Below are positions 39,514 through 49,573 of a stretch of DNA of 64,000 bases, in pieces. Source of the stretch: a virus (lineage: Duplodnaviria; Caudoviricetes); the IMG/VR virus record IMGVR_UViG_3300021387_001337, positions 6,483 to 70,482 of that record; one strand, 5' to 3'. How positions within the stretch are numbered: position 1 is the stretch's first letter; every line of letters begins with the position of its first letter. The notes under the pieces are model-generated. The model was not told the origin of the DNA. It ran no database searches and saw only the letters and a program-made list of their open reading frames with translations. A program made the translations under genes and the position numbers.

Positions 39514-39941
39514 TTCTTCTTAGATTTATTCTGAGGTTCAAAGTCTCGTAATTCATAAAATGCCCCATTAAGAAGCCTGAAAAGAGTGCCAAGTAAATAG
39601 CAAAAACATTCTTGGTCTTCTTCTGGGTTAATAGTAGCACCAATATAATTGAATATTTCAAGAGTAGCATGACCACACTCATGAGCAAATACTGAACCCC
39701 TATATTCATCTAAGTTGCGTACCCACACCATCACACATAGTTGGTTGCTCTTCTTATCGTGAATGCAATAAGTACTACCAGCATTTCCTTCAATAGGCTG
39801 TCCAATCCAATTGGCTTTTTCATTGTTTGGCAAGAAGTGTTTATTAACTTCCTCCTCAACTTCCCCAATTGCTACAACAAAGTCAACAGGATAAATAACA
39901 AGACTAAATCTTCTCAAAATACCTTTTTCATTTAATACCAT
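39510..39941 (-). CDS. HExxH zincin-like protein (paralog of 37413-37835)
   Basis: FAHECGH...QECFCYLLG; N-terminus MVLNEKGIL versus MILNEKGIL. Confidence 0.7.
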   Translation of the reverse strand: MVLNEKGILRRFSLVIYPVDFVVAIGEVEEEVNKHFLPNNEKANWIGQPIEGNAGSTYCIHDKKSNQLCVMVWVRNLDEYRGSVFAHECGHATLEIFNYIGATINPEEDQECFCYLLGTLFRLLNGAFYELRDFEPQNKSKKK

Positions 39942-39944
39942 ACC

Positions 39945-40259
39945 TTATTTATTCAATTCAAGATACTTATTAAGATACCAGATAGCCTTACCAATATCAA
40001 CATTACCACCTTTAGACTGTGCTCTCCAATTGTACTTAAAGGCATTGAGCTTGCAGAATATAGCAACCTCATCATCTCCAAAGGCAGCTCTCATGGCTGT
40101 AATACAGTCTATATTAATCTGAGTATTGAAAGACTGGTAATGAGTAGGATTATCAATCTTTGGATTGCCTAAATCCTCCTCTAGATCATCATACACTTTC
40201 TTTTGAGTTTTATCAAACTCTTCCTGCATTGTACCAGCAGTTTGCTCATTCTGCTCCAT
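39945..40259 (-). CDS. DUF3310-like phage protein
   Basis: NPTHY...FCKLNAFKYNWRA...DIGKAIWYL. Confidence 0.8.
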   Translation of the reverse strand: MEQNEQTAGTMQEEFDKTQKKVYDDLEEDLGNPKIDNPTHYQSFNTQINIDCITAMRAAFGDDEVAIFCKLNAFKYNWRAQSKGGNVDIGKAIWYLNKYLELNK

Positions 40260-40680
40260 TACTCTGAGGTGTTAGATAGTCATAGTCTACCTGTTTAATG
40301 CCTTCAATCTGCATATCATAGCCCTGACGAGCTAACTGAAGGAACTTGTTATTAGCATCTGTAGTATCATTAGCCCAAAGTAGTACCTTATATTTTAAGG
40401 TTTTCTCTGTACCATCATCATCCAGCCAGATGTCCTTAAGAGTTCCAATATAGGAATAGTCACCATCAAATTGAGATTCTACTTCTTTAATTTGAGAAAT
40501 CTTCATAGACTGAATCTCAAAACTTTCCACAGTACCAGTATTAACTTCTTCATTAAGGTGTGCTGTCACAACATACTCTGCCTCAGAGAAAAAATCCTTA
40601 TCAAGAATATAATTCTCTGTCCTTCTTCTAGTCTTAGAGTCAATAACCCTTGCAACTTTTACTTTTACTTCTATACGCAT
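40246..40680 (-). CDS. DUF4494-like Bacteroidota protein
   Basis: VKVARV...ENYILD..FFSEAE. Confidence 0.6.
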   Translation of the reverse strand: MRIEVKVKVARVIDSKTRRRTENYILDKDFFSEAEYVVTAHLNEEVNTGTVESFEIQSMKISQIKEVESQFDGDYSYIGTLKDIWLDDDGTEKTLKYKVLLWANDTTDANNKFLQLARQGYDMQIEGIKQVDYDYLTPQSNGAE

Positions 40681-40705
40681 AATTCTACTTTATTATATTG
40701 TTAGT

Positions 40706-40963
40706 TTATAATACTGCGGCTACTCTAGATAAACCTTCTTGCTTCATCCTACTATTAATGAAATTGTGTCTAAATACAGAAAGCTGCTGGATTATTTCTT
40801 TAGTAGTCCAAGATGAATCAATAGGGGCTAGGGGAGTACCATTATAGGCTATAAAAAGATTATTGTCAAAGTCTTGAAGAGTAATAGTCTCTTCAGCTAA
40901 TTTTGTAATAGCCTCCTGTTTCTTTGTTTGAGACTTTTCTTTTATTGTTCTAATAAGTTCCAT
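40706..40963 (-). CDS. Hypothetical protein
   Basis: ORF in block. Confidence 0.7.
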   Translation of the reverse strand: MELIRTIKEKSQTKKQEAITKLAEETITLQDFDNNLFIAYNGTPLAPIDSSWTTKEIIQQLSVFRHNFINSRMKQEGLSRVAAVL

Positions 40964-40964
40964 A

Positions 40965-41159
40965 TTACCAAGAGTTAATGTCTGTTATATCAGTCATAGT
41001 CTCTGGAAGGTCTTTAACCATTACTTTGGTAGTAAGACCTATACCAGATTCTGATGACTGGGTTATTAGTACTGAACCTACTGCTAGGTTATCATCACAA
41101 AATTCCTTCAGTGCATCAACTTCTGCTTTGGTTAGTGTTATTTCTTTAATGTATGCCAT
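40965..41159 (-). CDS. Hypothetical protein
   Basis: ORF in block. Confidence 0.65.
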   Translation of the reverse strand: MAYIKEITLTKAEVDALKEFCDDNLAVGSVLITQSSESGIGLTTKVMVKDLPETMTDITDINSW

Positions 41160-41171
41160 AATAATAAATGT

Positions 41172-43397
41172 TTAATGGATCCAGTGGTCACTTACAGAAG
41201 CATCAGAGTCAAGAGTAAGAGATTTTAAGAAAGGTTGTGCCTCAGACTTCATAACTTCTTGGATTTTATTCTTGACTTCCTCAGCCATAGCCTCAGGACA
41301 CTCCACATTAATCTCATCATGGACAGGTATGCAGAATTTAACTGTATTGAAATAACCATTATCTACTATCCAGTCAAAGAGTACCTTATTAAATCTCTTG
41401 AAAATGATAGCTCCTGAACCTTGCAAGGGGGAGTTACAAGCATTCTTTTCCCATTTGGTTTTAGCTTTGAAATGCTTGGAAACCTTTCTTGCTACCTCAT
41501 CTCCTGTACCTTTATGGTTTTCTCTATAGTCAGTCCAAAAGGCATTGTCTTGAGAGGCTTCTACTTTCTTCCACCATTTCCAATCCCACCAGAAAGCTTT
41601 ATGACCTGTAACAGGAGAGATAAGAATATATCCATTTTGGACTACATGATTCTTTTGCTTCTGTTGAAATTTAGCTATTCCAGGGAAACCCTTCATATAG
41701 TTATCATAGATACTTTTGGCAACTTGAGGATCCATTCCATATTGCTGCACCAAGGTGCTGTCATTACCAGCATAGGCAAAACAAAACTCTGGTCCTTTAG
41801 CCTCTTGACGGAAGTGTTTGTAGAGCTTTTTAATGTTCTTAATTGGAGTGTCTCTAGGAATATCATTAGGGAAAATCATATAAGCTACAGTACTATGCAT
41901 GTCTTCTCCTTTAAGAAATACATCCATCATAGCTTTATCCTGGGAGAAATCAGCCATAAGAACTGACTCCTGACCACAGTAGTCAATAGAAATCCATACA
42001 TTTCCTTTTTCTGCACAAAAAGAAGCTCTGGTAATCTCATCAGCAGGGAGATTCTGAAGTTGAGGATAGGCACATTTAAGTTTAGTGTCCTTTACTTCCT
42101 TGACTACAGGCAATCCTTTTAATTTAGCAAGAGATTGATTCTGTTTCTGAGAGCCACATGCCAATCTGCCAGTATCAGTTCCTAATGCTCTGAATGTAGT
42201 ATGTATTCTGTCAGTATAAGGATTAATGGCATTTAGATAGTTCTGGCCATAAGTACTACAAACCTTTTGAGCTTCTGTATAGGCCAGATAGACATCATAA
42301 AACTCAGGATTCACATGTCTCTGGGGTTCCAACACTGAGGCATCAATACTATCCTTCTCCTCCTTAGTTTTCTTATCAATACCCTTACAATTAAAACCTA
42401 AAGCAGTCAAGAAAGGAATGACCTGCTTATTAGAGTTCCAGTTAATGTTACACTTAGGAGTTGTATCCCAACCAAGGAACAAATCACCTTGTAAATTAAT
42501 CTTAAGGAATCTGCTGTCACCAAAGTCAACCACATACTGATTCAGTTTCTCTAAGGCTTCTGTCATCTTCTTATAATCAGATGCCATCTTCTGTTGCCAC
42601 AATGGGACATTCATGTGAACACCACACCATTCATAATATGCAACAGCAGGGATGAACTGACATTCAACTTTAGCAGCTTGAAGTAATCCTAATTCTTTAA
42701 GCCTTTTAACTTGCATTTGCATAAGCCTGTAAAGGGGCTGGACATCTTTTGCTGCATAAATAATGTGCTTGGTTTCTATCCTTTGAAGGTCTTGGGTAAA
42801 TTCTTCTCTGACTTCTTTAGACATCTCTTCACCAAAATATCTATACATCAAGGCTTTCAGTCCTACACCACTATGCTCATAGACAAATTCAGCAACATTA
42901 GGAATATCTCTATAAAGTCTTTTCTTCTTTTCTTCTTTTTTCAGGTCTTCCCAACCTGGAATACTGTCCACATATTCACAATATTGCATCATAATTTCCT
43001 CTGTACAACCTACCATAAAGTTTGGATAGGCCATATAGAGTATTTGTTCAGAAGTCATAGTGTCATAGCACTTGCGAACAATAATACCAAAGGCAAACAA
43101 TACTTTAATATCAAACTTTAAATTTTGTCCAACAATAAAGGCAGATTCAATAGCTTCTTTATATAATTTAATGTTAATTTCTGAAGCATTAACAACTACT
43201 TGAACTGTCTCTTCAATATTACCAAACTGAACCAATAATGCCTTATCAATATGTGGATCAAGACCTGTAGTCTCTGTATCTAATTGAATTATATGGTTAG
43301 TAAAGGAGTTAATAAGATTTAATGACTCCTCTACAGAACATACTTGATAGTCTTTATGCTCAAAAGCTTCCTGCTGAATTGTAACATAGTATATCAT
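41172..43397 (-). CDS. polA: Family A DNA polymerase with 3'-5' exonuclease
   Basis: ExoI LDTETTG, ExoII NLKFD, motif A IDYCGQE, motif B RQEAK...FAY, motif C VHDEI. Confidence 0.95.
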   Translation of the reverse strand: MIYYVTIQQEAFEHKDYQVCSVEESLNLINSFTNHIIQLDTETTGLDPHIDKALLVQFGNIEETVQVVVNASEINIKLYKEAIESAFIVGQNLKFDIKVLFAFGIIVRKCYDTMTSEQILYMAYPNFMVGCTEEIMMQYCEYVDSIPGWEDLKKEEKKKRLYRDIPNVAEFVYEHSGVGLKALMYRYFGEEMSKEVREEFTQDLQRIETKHIIYAAKDVQPLYRLMQMQVKRLKELGLLQAAKVECQFIPAVAYYEWCGVHMNVPLWQQKMASDYKKMTEALEKLNQYVVDFGDSRFLKINLQGDLFLGWDTTPKCNINWNSNKQVIPFLTALGFNCKGIDKKTKEEKDSIDASVLEPQRHVNPEFYDVYLAYTEAQKVCSTYGQNYLNAINPYTDRIHTTFRALGTDTGRLACGSQKQNQSLAKLKGLPVVKEVKDTKLKCAYPQLQNLPADEITRASFCAEKGNVWISIDYCGQESVLMADFSQDKAMMDVFLKGEDMHSTVAYMIFPNDIPRDTPIKNIKKLYKHFRQEAKGPEFCFAYAGNDSTLVQQYGMDPQVAKSIYDNYMKGFPGIAKFQQKQKNHVVQNGYILISPVTGHKAFWWDWKWWKKVEASQDNAFWTDYRENHKGTGDEVARKVSKHFKAKTKWEKNACNSPLQGSGAIIFKRFNKVLFDWIVDNGYFNTVKFCIPVHDEINVECPEAMAEEVKNKIQEVMKSEAQPFLKSLTLDSDASVSDHWIH

Positions 43398-43840
43398 ACC
43401 TTACTATAAGCTATCAACTCATTAAAGTCTAATATATATCTATAGCGATTGAAGAAGCCTGAACCAAGTAGGCCATGTACAGTTGCTCCATGACTCTTCT
43501 TCAGATGAGTAAAAGCATCTTTCATGTCTTTGATAAGATAATCAAATGGATAAGACTTTTCCTTATAACTAAGAGTGATATTACATACCTGAACAGGCTG
43601 TTTGTTTCCCTCTATACCATAGAGAGTGGCACCATTATCTTCTACCATTTTATGCTCTATTTGGTTAAGAATATTACTATCTATCACATTGACACTAGAG
43701 CCAGTATCAAGAATAAAATTGAATACCTTGTCTCCCTGTTGTAAGGAAATAATTGGCAGTCCTGTAAGATTCAGGCCACTTCTAAAGTCCATATAGTCAG
43801 GATGAATATCAAATAGTCTTTGCAAAAATTTTTTAAACAT
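43394..43840 (-). CDS. Retropepsin-like aspartyl protease
   Basis: FILDTGSS and GLLG motifs; start refined to ATG 43840. Confidence 0.85.
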   Translation of the reverse strand: MFKKFLQRLFDIHPDYMDFRSGLNLTGLPIISLQQGDKVFNFILDTGSSVNVIDSNILNQIEHKMVEDNGATLYGIEGNKQPVQVCNITLSYKEKSYPFDYLIKDMKDAFTHLKKSHGATVHGLLGSGFFNRYRYILDFNELIAYSKV

Positions 43841-43862
43841 ACACAATACAATTAATAGTACT

Positions 43863-44345
43863 TTATTTGTCTGTGCTTCCAAAGCCGCCACGATTGTTGT
43901 TATCCAATGAATCTACATATTTAAACTTGTAGCCGCTGGTAAACAACCACAGAAACTTTTGCCAGACAGTTGCCTTTTGACTGAGACAAATCTCAAACTG
44001 ACAGATTCTGTCTCCTTTACTTATCTTTACTGCTTCATAATGTGCTGACCTTATAGCAGCTGCTTGAAACTTCCATACATCGTCTTTACCAGAGTAGCTA
44101 TTATCAATATAGCCAACACTGTTTGCCAAACAGAAATTTCTTTTGATAGGATTACTACTACGGTCATAAATCTTAGCAATACATCCTGAAGGAAGTTTCA
44201 TAGACAGTCCCAAAGATACCAAATGTGCCTTATTGGGCTTGACTACACAGTCTTCAACTGCTATCAGGTCATAACAGTCTCCTTTTTCATTAATAACTAT
44301 GTTGGCAATATCACTATGCTTAAATACTTTTACTGTTCTTTTCAT
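43863..44345 (-). CDS. dut: Trimeric dUTPase
   Basis: RSS, GYIDNSYSG, GDRICQ, RGGFGST. Confidence 0.92.
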   Translation of the reverse strand: MKRTVKVFKHSDIANIVINEKGDCYDLIAVEDCVVKPNKAHLVSLGLSMKLPSGCIAKIYDRSSNPIKRNFCLANSVGYIDNSYSGKDDVWKFQAAAIRSAHYEAVKISKGDRICQFEICLSQKATVWQKFLWLFTSGYKFKYVDSLDNNNRGGFGSTDK

Positions 44346-44604
44346 TTTGTTTTTTTTCTATTTCTTTTAATTGTGAATTAAAACTTTTAATCGCTGTGTC
44401 AATGTTGACATTATTGCCAGGAAATTCCTGCTTTATTTCTTCCAACCAGCCTATCCAATTCTTAAGTTTGTGATACCTTTCTAAAGATTCCATATCCATG
44501 TAAATAATTTATATCCTCCTACTGTAGCTATTAGAATAAGCCAAACATGATAACAATAAACAGGCATCCACAGCAGCCTATCTCATCTTTAAATGCTGGT
44601 ATCC

Positions 44605-45069
44605 TCATAGTTTTTGCATTAGTTTTGTTATATCCCACATCTTTTCTCCTGGATGGGTAATATGATAAAGTCTTTGGTTGGTTGTTGGAGAATTTAAGCC
44701 TCCAAGTTCTGCATCATAATGGCCTTCCTTGTAAAAATCAAGATACTGCAAGATGCCCCAATGATTTTTAGGCAGTCTATCTAGACCTGAATACCATGCG
44801 GTCTTGACTCTCTTATGGGCATACATGAACAGTTCTGTCAGAGTATCAATATCATGTTCTCCACCAAGTAGAAGGAGACAAGTAATACCATTGTGCTGAT
44901 TAAGCAGGCCACAAAGAGCCTCTACATCAAGAGGAGTACCTTTGTCTTCCCAGAGTTCCCTTTGGTTGCATCCTTTACAATGAATCTGGCATCCAGAGAT
45001 AGAGAGTCCCAGGATAATTTCACCTGGGATCTCTGTAAATACCTCTTGTAGCTTTAAATATTTGAGCAT
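44605..45069 (-). CDS. nrdG: Anaerobic RNR activase (radical SAM)
   Basis: SGCQIHCKGC (CxxxCxxC), adjacent to nrdD. Confidence 0.92.
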   Translation of the reverse strand: MLKYLKLQEVFTEIPGEIILGLSISGCQIHCKGCNQRELWEDKGTPLDVEALCGLLNQHNGITCLLLLGGEHDIDTLTELFMYAHKRVKTAWYSGLDRLPKNHWGILQYLDFYKEGHYDAELGGLNSPTTNQRLYHITHPGEKMWDITKLMQKL

Positions 45070-45070
45070 A

Positions 45071-47281
45071 CTAAAAGTCTTTTAATTCTGATTTTCCATC
45101 ACTATAAGTTCTATGAGAGCCTTCAATCTGTCTGTCAGAACCCCATGTTTTGGTAGCTGTTAAGTACCCTATGACACGGCTATACTGAGTAATATGTTCA
45201 GAACCACACTTAGGACATTTTGTAATTGGATGCTTGATAATAAAATGACAATCATCACACTCACTATTAGGAATGTTGAAAGTGAAGTATTGAGTACCAT
45301 TCTCTCTAGCAAAGTCAAGAAGTTTCAGATACTGCTCTTTAGACAGGTGGTCTTCAAGGTTACAATGAAGTGCGGAACCTCCGTCAGTAAACTGATAAGT
45401 AGCATTACCATGTAGACGGAACTTATCAAGAACAGATGTGTTATCATGGGCATTGTAGAAGTAACTATTGTATAAGTTCTCATCTTCAGGCACCCAGAAT
45501 CCATCAGCCTTATCCCATCTATAATTCTTACCACCTACAGACTCAGCGGGTATTACCTCACTATTAAATCTGATAGGATATTTCTTGTCCTCAATAGAGT
45601 GAAGTTCATTCTGCTCCTTGATGGTAGAGAGAATAAATTGAAGGAACTCTACATAGGACTTATTCCAACTAACTTCAAGTCCAAGAAATCTTGCTGCCTC
45701 ATTATGACCATTGATACCTATAGTAGAATACAAGTCTTTCATGTGAATATAACCACCATTAGAGACTGAGTACATACCTCTATCTTCCTCCCTATATAAC
45801 AAATGCTTGAAAGAAATATGTGCCTTATAGACTACCTCAAGAATGTCAATAATGTACTCTCTAAGACCCTCATATCCTGGCATATTGACTGTCTTGTCAA
45901 TTACTCCACCATTATCTTCTTTAGTTTTGGGTTTTTGTCTTGCCCAAGACTGGACAATCCTATTGAGGTTGAGAGTAATGACATTACAAGAACCAGTCTT
46001 TAAGCCTGTCATTCCAGATGTAGGACTAAAGGTGTTCTTTTGAAGTTTATTTCTCAAGCGGCAGCATGAAGCTAGACTGTCTACACTATCACTAATATAT
46101 GTGAAGAAACTATGACCTTTGGCATACATCTCTGCACAGAGTTCCTTGTATTCCTTATCTATAAAGTCCTTATCATCATAGACCATACAGAAAGTCTCAA
46201 CAGGGAAAGTAAGTACAGACTTCAGTCTTCTTTCATTGAACCAGTTCATAAAGAGACGCTGGAGTTTATCAATAGCTTCCCACTCAGGTTTAGTGCCATC
46301 AGGATAATAGAAATCCCCAAACATTCCATTGAAGTAAGTGTGGTCAAAGTAAGAAATATTGGTAAAGGGACTTTGTCCTCCCCTGTTACCTGCCATTTGA
46401 TTTACACCATATACAAAGGTCTTGAAAGCACCTCTGATCTTATCCCAGATAGTTTGCTGAGTAAGGCAATGCTCATTAGTGATAGTCACATCAAGCTTTT
46501 CATACCACTTTGGTCCAAACTCCTTTACTATGTAGTAGTTAAGAGTAAGTAAGTAAGAAGGTACAGCAACAGCACCTTTACACTGACCAGAGGCAGCATG
46601 AATAAAATTCACCAACTGTCCTGAGAAAGAAGCCATATTAGTAGGAGCACCTTCAGTTTTACCACCATCCAAAGAACCAATACCATCTGTCATCAGAGGG
46701 TACAAGTCATCAGCCTGACAGTAGAACTTGATAGTAGGAGTACTGGCTTCATCACCAATATAGATAAAGTGATGCTCAAGCAGATCTATATACCTTTTAT
46801 ATATATCCTCATTAGGAAAATCCTTCTTAAGCTGTCTCTTCATCCTACGCCTCTGTACATTTCTATTTGTAGTCTTATACACTTCGGGGTCAAGAGTAGC
46901 TACATTCTTCTGTGACACATTACTGTTAGGATCAGTCTCTGAGGCAGTGGCTGCATTATCTGCATTCTCACTATAGCTATCCATATAATCTAGTCTCTCT
47001 TCGATAAATCTCTCCATCTTATGCTGCTCTCTATAGAGCATGTAAGCCTTGCCAACAGGGAAACACCTTTTACATAGATACTTCTCTACTTGGTCTTGGA
47101 TTTCCTCAACAGTAATCTCTTCATCCTTCAGCTCCCCAAGGTCTTCACAGAACTTCTGAATCTTATGTTTATCTACCTTACCTACATGGATGTCACAAGC
47201 TTTGAAAGCCTTTAGGATAGCACTTTCAATTTTTTCAGCATCAAACTCTTCTTTTGAATTGTCTCTTTTGATTACAAACAT
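45071..47281 (-). CDS. nrdD: Class III (anaerobic) ribonucleotide reductase
   Basis: ATP cone, ASCCRL, TIGING, Zn site CDDC...CPKC, glycyl-radical RVIGYL. Confidence 0.95.
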   Translation of the reverse strand: MFVIKRDNSKEEFDAEKIESAILKAFKACDIHVGKVDKHKIQKFCEDLGELKDEEITVEEIQDQVEKYLCKRCFPVGKAYMLYREQHKMERFIEERLDYMDSYSENADNAATASETDPNSNVSQKNVATLDPEVYKTTNRNVQRRRMKRQLKKDFPNEDIYKRYIDLLEHHFIYIGDEASTPTIKFYCQADDLYPLMTDGIGSLDGGKTEGAPTNMASFSGQLVNFIHAASGQCKGAVAVPSYLLTLNYYIVKEFGPKWYEKLDVTITNEHCLTQQTIWDKIRGAFKTFVYGVNQMAGNRGGQSPFTNISYFDHTYFNGMFGDFYYPDGTKPEWEAIDKLQRLFMNWFNERRLKSVLTFPVETFCMVYDDKDFIDKEYKELCAEMYAKGHSFFTYISDSVDSLASCCRLRNKLQKNTFSPTSGMTGLKTGSCNVITLNLNRIVQSWARQKPKTKEDNGGVIDKTVNMPGYEGLREYIIDILEVVYKAHISFKHLLYREEDRGMYSVSNGGYIHMKDLYSTIGINGHNEAARFLGLEVSWNKSYVEFLQFILSTIKEQNELHSIEDKKYPIRFNSEVIPAESVGGKNYRWDKADGFWVPEDENLYNSYFYNAHDNTSVLDKFRLHGNATYQFTDGGSALHCNLEDHLSKEQYLKLLDFARENGTQYFTFNIPNSECDDCHFIIKHPITKCPKCGSEHITQYSRVIGYLTATKTWGSDRQIEGSHRTYSDGKSELKDF

Positions 47282-47300
47282 TTCTTCATATTGTTAAGCA

Positions 47301-48347
47301 TTAAAGTTTCTTTGTTAAGCACTTGATGATGTTTACTCCATCTTTGTTAATACCATTTGGTACTGGGGGCCTAAGATTTAAATATCCTTGAAGTTCTTCT
47401 CCAATAGCAAAGGGGTCTCTATACTCATTGCCCTTTTCGTCTATAAGTATTCCAATAGATTTAGTTAGAGGAAATTCCCATACCAAAGGTGTTAAGGTAT
47501 TCTTATTGACAACAATAAAGCGATAGTCTGCAAGTTTAAAATCTTTAAAGTAATCATCCTTGTCCATATTGGTACGAATATTCCTCCAGTATAGTCTACT
47601 TTGGATCATATAGGACCACTGAAGAAAACTCTCCTCAAAATTCCATTCAGTATGACTGGAAGTCTTAAGGTCGATAGGATAGATAATTTTATTTTCATAA
47701 TCTACAACTATCAAATCAGCCATTGACCTATAGTTTACATTATTATGAGAGAACTTAAACTTGAGTTGGTAATACCTTCTAATGGGAGATAGCTCATCAT
47801 TATCCGCGAAATATCCAGCTGTGGAAGAAGATTCCCTTAAAGCCCTAACCATATTCATAGCATCCTGATACATAGCTACAGATACTATAGTCTTATCACT
47901 ATGTTTAAGGGCATTATAGTACTCTGCAATATTACCTGTTTTAAGTACCTGTTTATAGCGAGTGTTATCATACTTGTCATTTTGCCAAAAGCCTACTTCC
48001 TTAGCAGCCTGTGAAACAATGCTCTCTGGTATTTCCTCAAAACTATCAAACGGTAAACACTGGTTAACCAAACTTTTACAAATATCAATGCCACTATCTG
48101 TAACATTAATGTCCAAAATTGTGTAAAGGCTCTTAAACTCATCTTCTCCTCCTGTGAGTGCTGTGTCTACAAGCGATCCAAGCAATAATGATGGGCTTTC
48201 CTTTCTGTCAAACAAGTGGTCAAGGCCATCATAGCCACTACGCTCATAGGTAGCCAATGTTGAATAGGATAGAGCAGGATCTTCCCTATAAACCTTTTCA
48301 GGAACATTCCATGCTATCTCACTTAGCTCTTTTTGTATCTCTATCAT
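47301..48347 (-). CDS. PD-(D/E)XK exonuclease (RecE/ExoVIII-like)
   Basis: ADLIVVD...PIDLKT...YMIQSRLY. Confidence 0.8.
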   Translation of the reverse strand: MIEIQKELSEIAWNVPEKVYREDPALSYSTLATYERSGYDGLDHLFDRKESPSLLLGSLVDTALTGGEDEFKSLYTILDINVTDSGIDICKSLVNQCLPFDSFEEIPESIVSQAAKEVGFWQNDKYDNTRYKQVLKTGNIAEYYNALKHSDKTIVSVAMYQDAMNMVRALRESSSTAGYFADNDELSPIRRYYQLKFKFSHNNVNYRSMADLIVVDYENKIIYPIDLKTSSHTEWNFEESFLQWSYMIQSRLYWRNIRTNMDKDDYFKDFKLADYRFIVVNKNTLTPLVWEFPLTKSIGILIDEKGNEYRDPFAIGEELQGYLNLRPPVPNGINKDGVNIIKCLTKKL

Positions 48348-48619
48348 GCTTGTCTTTTCTTTTTCTCACAATACCATTCATATAGTGGCCCTGCTGCCTT
48401 ATAAATATCAGAGAGAGCCTGCATCTTAATGGGGAATACCTCATTACTATGTTTTTCACTAAGCTTCTCTAAATCATCAAACTCCCTCTCCAGTACAGGC
48501 AGAAAGTCATGAAGATAGGCAGCAAATTTCTCTACTTTCTCTGTATTATTGCCAAGCTTGGCATAGCTGGTAGGATTAACAGGACTACCAGCATTTGAAT
48601 AATTTCCAATGTTGCTCAT
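48344..48619 (-). CDS. Hypothetical protein
   Basis: Coupled ORF. Confidence 0.65.
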   Translation of the reverse strand: MSNIGNYSNAGSPVNPTSYAKLGNNTEKVEKFAAYLHDFLPVLEREFDDLEKLSEKHSNEVFPIKMQALSDIYKAAGPLYEWYCEKKKRQA

Positions 48620-49185
48620 AACTTAATTTTAATTAATTTCCAATTATACCCATAAACATAATCTGTTTTACCTAGAAGAGACCTAAGAATAGCACCTTTA
48701 GGTTTCCCTTTGAGTTTTAATTCTGCCATAGCTTCATTAATAGACTCAAATAGTTTTGTTTCTGAGAGCTGTTTCTTTGTTCCTTTAGATGTTACTTGTA
48801 CAGCAAGTCCTAAATAAGTCAGATGATTATCCAAAGCTTCAAGAAGCTGCTTCTGATTCTTTACTATATAATAGATAGCATCAGGCTCATTCTCTTTAAG
48901 ATATTTGTAGAACATCTTTTCCTTGATTTTAAAGTCTGGAGTCTTCCATCCTTTTGTCTCAATCATTACAGGACCTATAAAGAAATCAGGAGTATAGTCA
49001 ATAGATATTACTTTTCTCTTCTGCCACTGGCAATAGAATCCTTCCTGGAGAGTATAAGTTTTGGCCTCATACTCCCAGGGGATACCCATTCTATCCAGTG
49101 TTTCAGCTGTCTCGGCTTCCAGTTTACTTTTGTATTTGAATCCATTATAGACAGTAGGTTCTACACCAACAATATGTTCACTCAT
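48616..49185 (-). CDS. T7 endonuclease I-like resolvase
   Basis: YKSKLE...WEYE...YTPDF...IETKG. Confidence 0.8.
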   Translation of the reverse strand: MSEHIVGVEPTVYNGFKYKSKLEAETAETLDRMGIPWEYEAKTYTLQEGFYCQWQKRKVISIDYTPDFFIGPVMIETKGWKTPDFKIKEKMFYKYLKENEPDAIYYIVKNQKQLLEALDNHLTYLGLAVQVTSKGTKKQLSETKLFESINEAMAELKLKGKPKGAILRSLLGKTDYVYGYNWKLIKIKL

Positions 49186-49196
49186 TTCTTTTTAGG

Positions 49197-49556
49197 CTAA
49201 GCATTCTTCTTCTCTTCCTTCTTTAAATCAGCTGTTATAGACTTAACTGTATCATAGATTTCTTTAATTAAGCCTTCGATATTATCCACCCTTTCCTCAA
49301 GAGCTTCAAAATCTTCTTCTAAAGCAACTAATGACTCACAGGGTTCATCTTTAAAGTTAATTAAGTCATCTTCATCTTCAACCTCACGCTCTTCTACAAA
49401 GCCCATTTCAATAAGCCAGTCCATAGAGTCCTCAGTAAACTCTACATCCTTCTCAACAGTTACCTTGCCATCTTTCAGCTCCTTGAAAAAAGTAAGATTA
49501 ACTACTTCACCGAACTCAATTGCTTCATCTGTCTCTACTACAAAATACTTTTTCAT
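49197..49556 (-). CDS. Acidic coiled-coil hypothetical protein
   Basis: ORF in block. Confidence 0.7.
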   Translation of the reverse strand: MKKYFVVETDEAIEFGEVVNLTFFKELKDGKVTVEKDVEFTEDSMDWLIEMGFVEEREVEDEDDLINFKDEPCESLVALEEDFEALEERVDNIEGLIKEIYDTVKSITADLKKEEKKNA

Positions 49557-49573
49557 CTTTAATTATTTAATAG

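Noticed and set aside
41172-47281. Inteins or introns in polA and nrdD
   Set aside because: Lengths are ordinary, motifs are contiguous, and I saw no intein terminal signatures or intron core elements.
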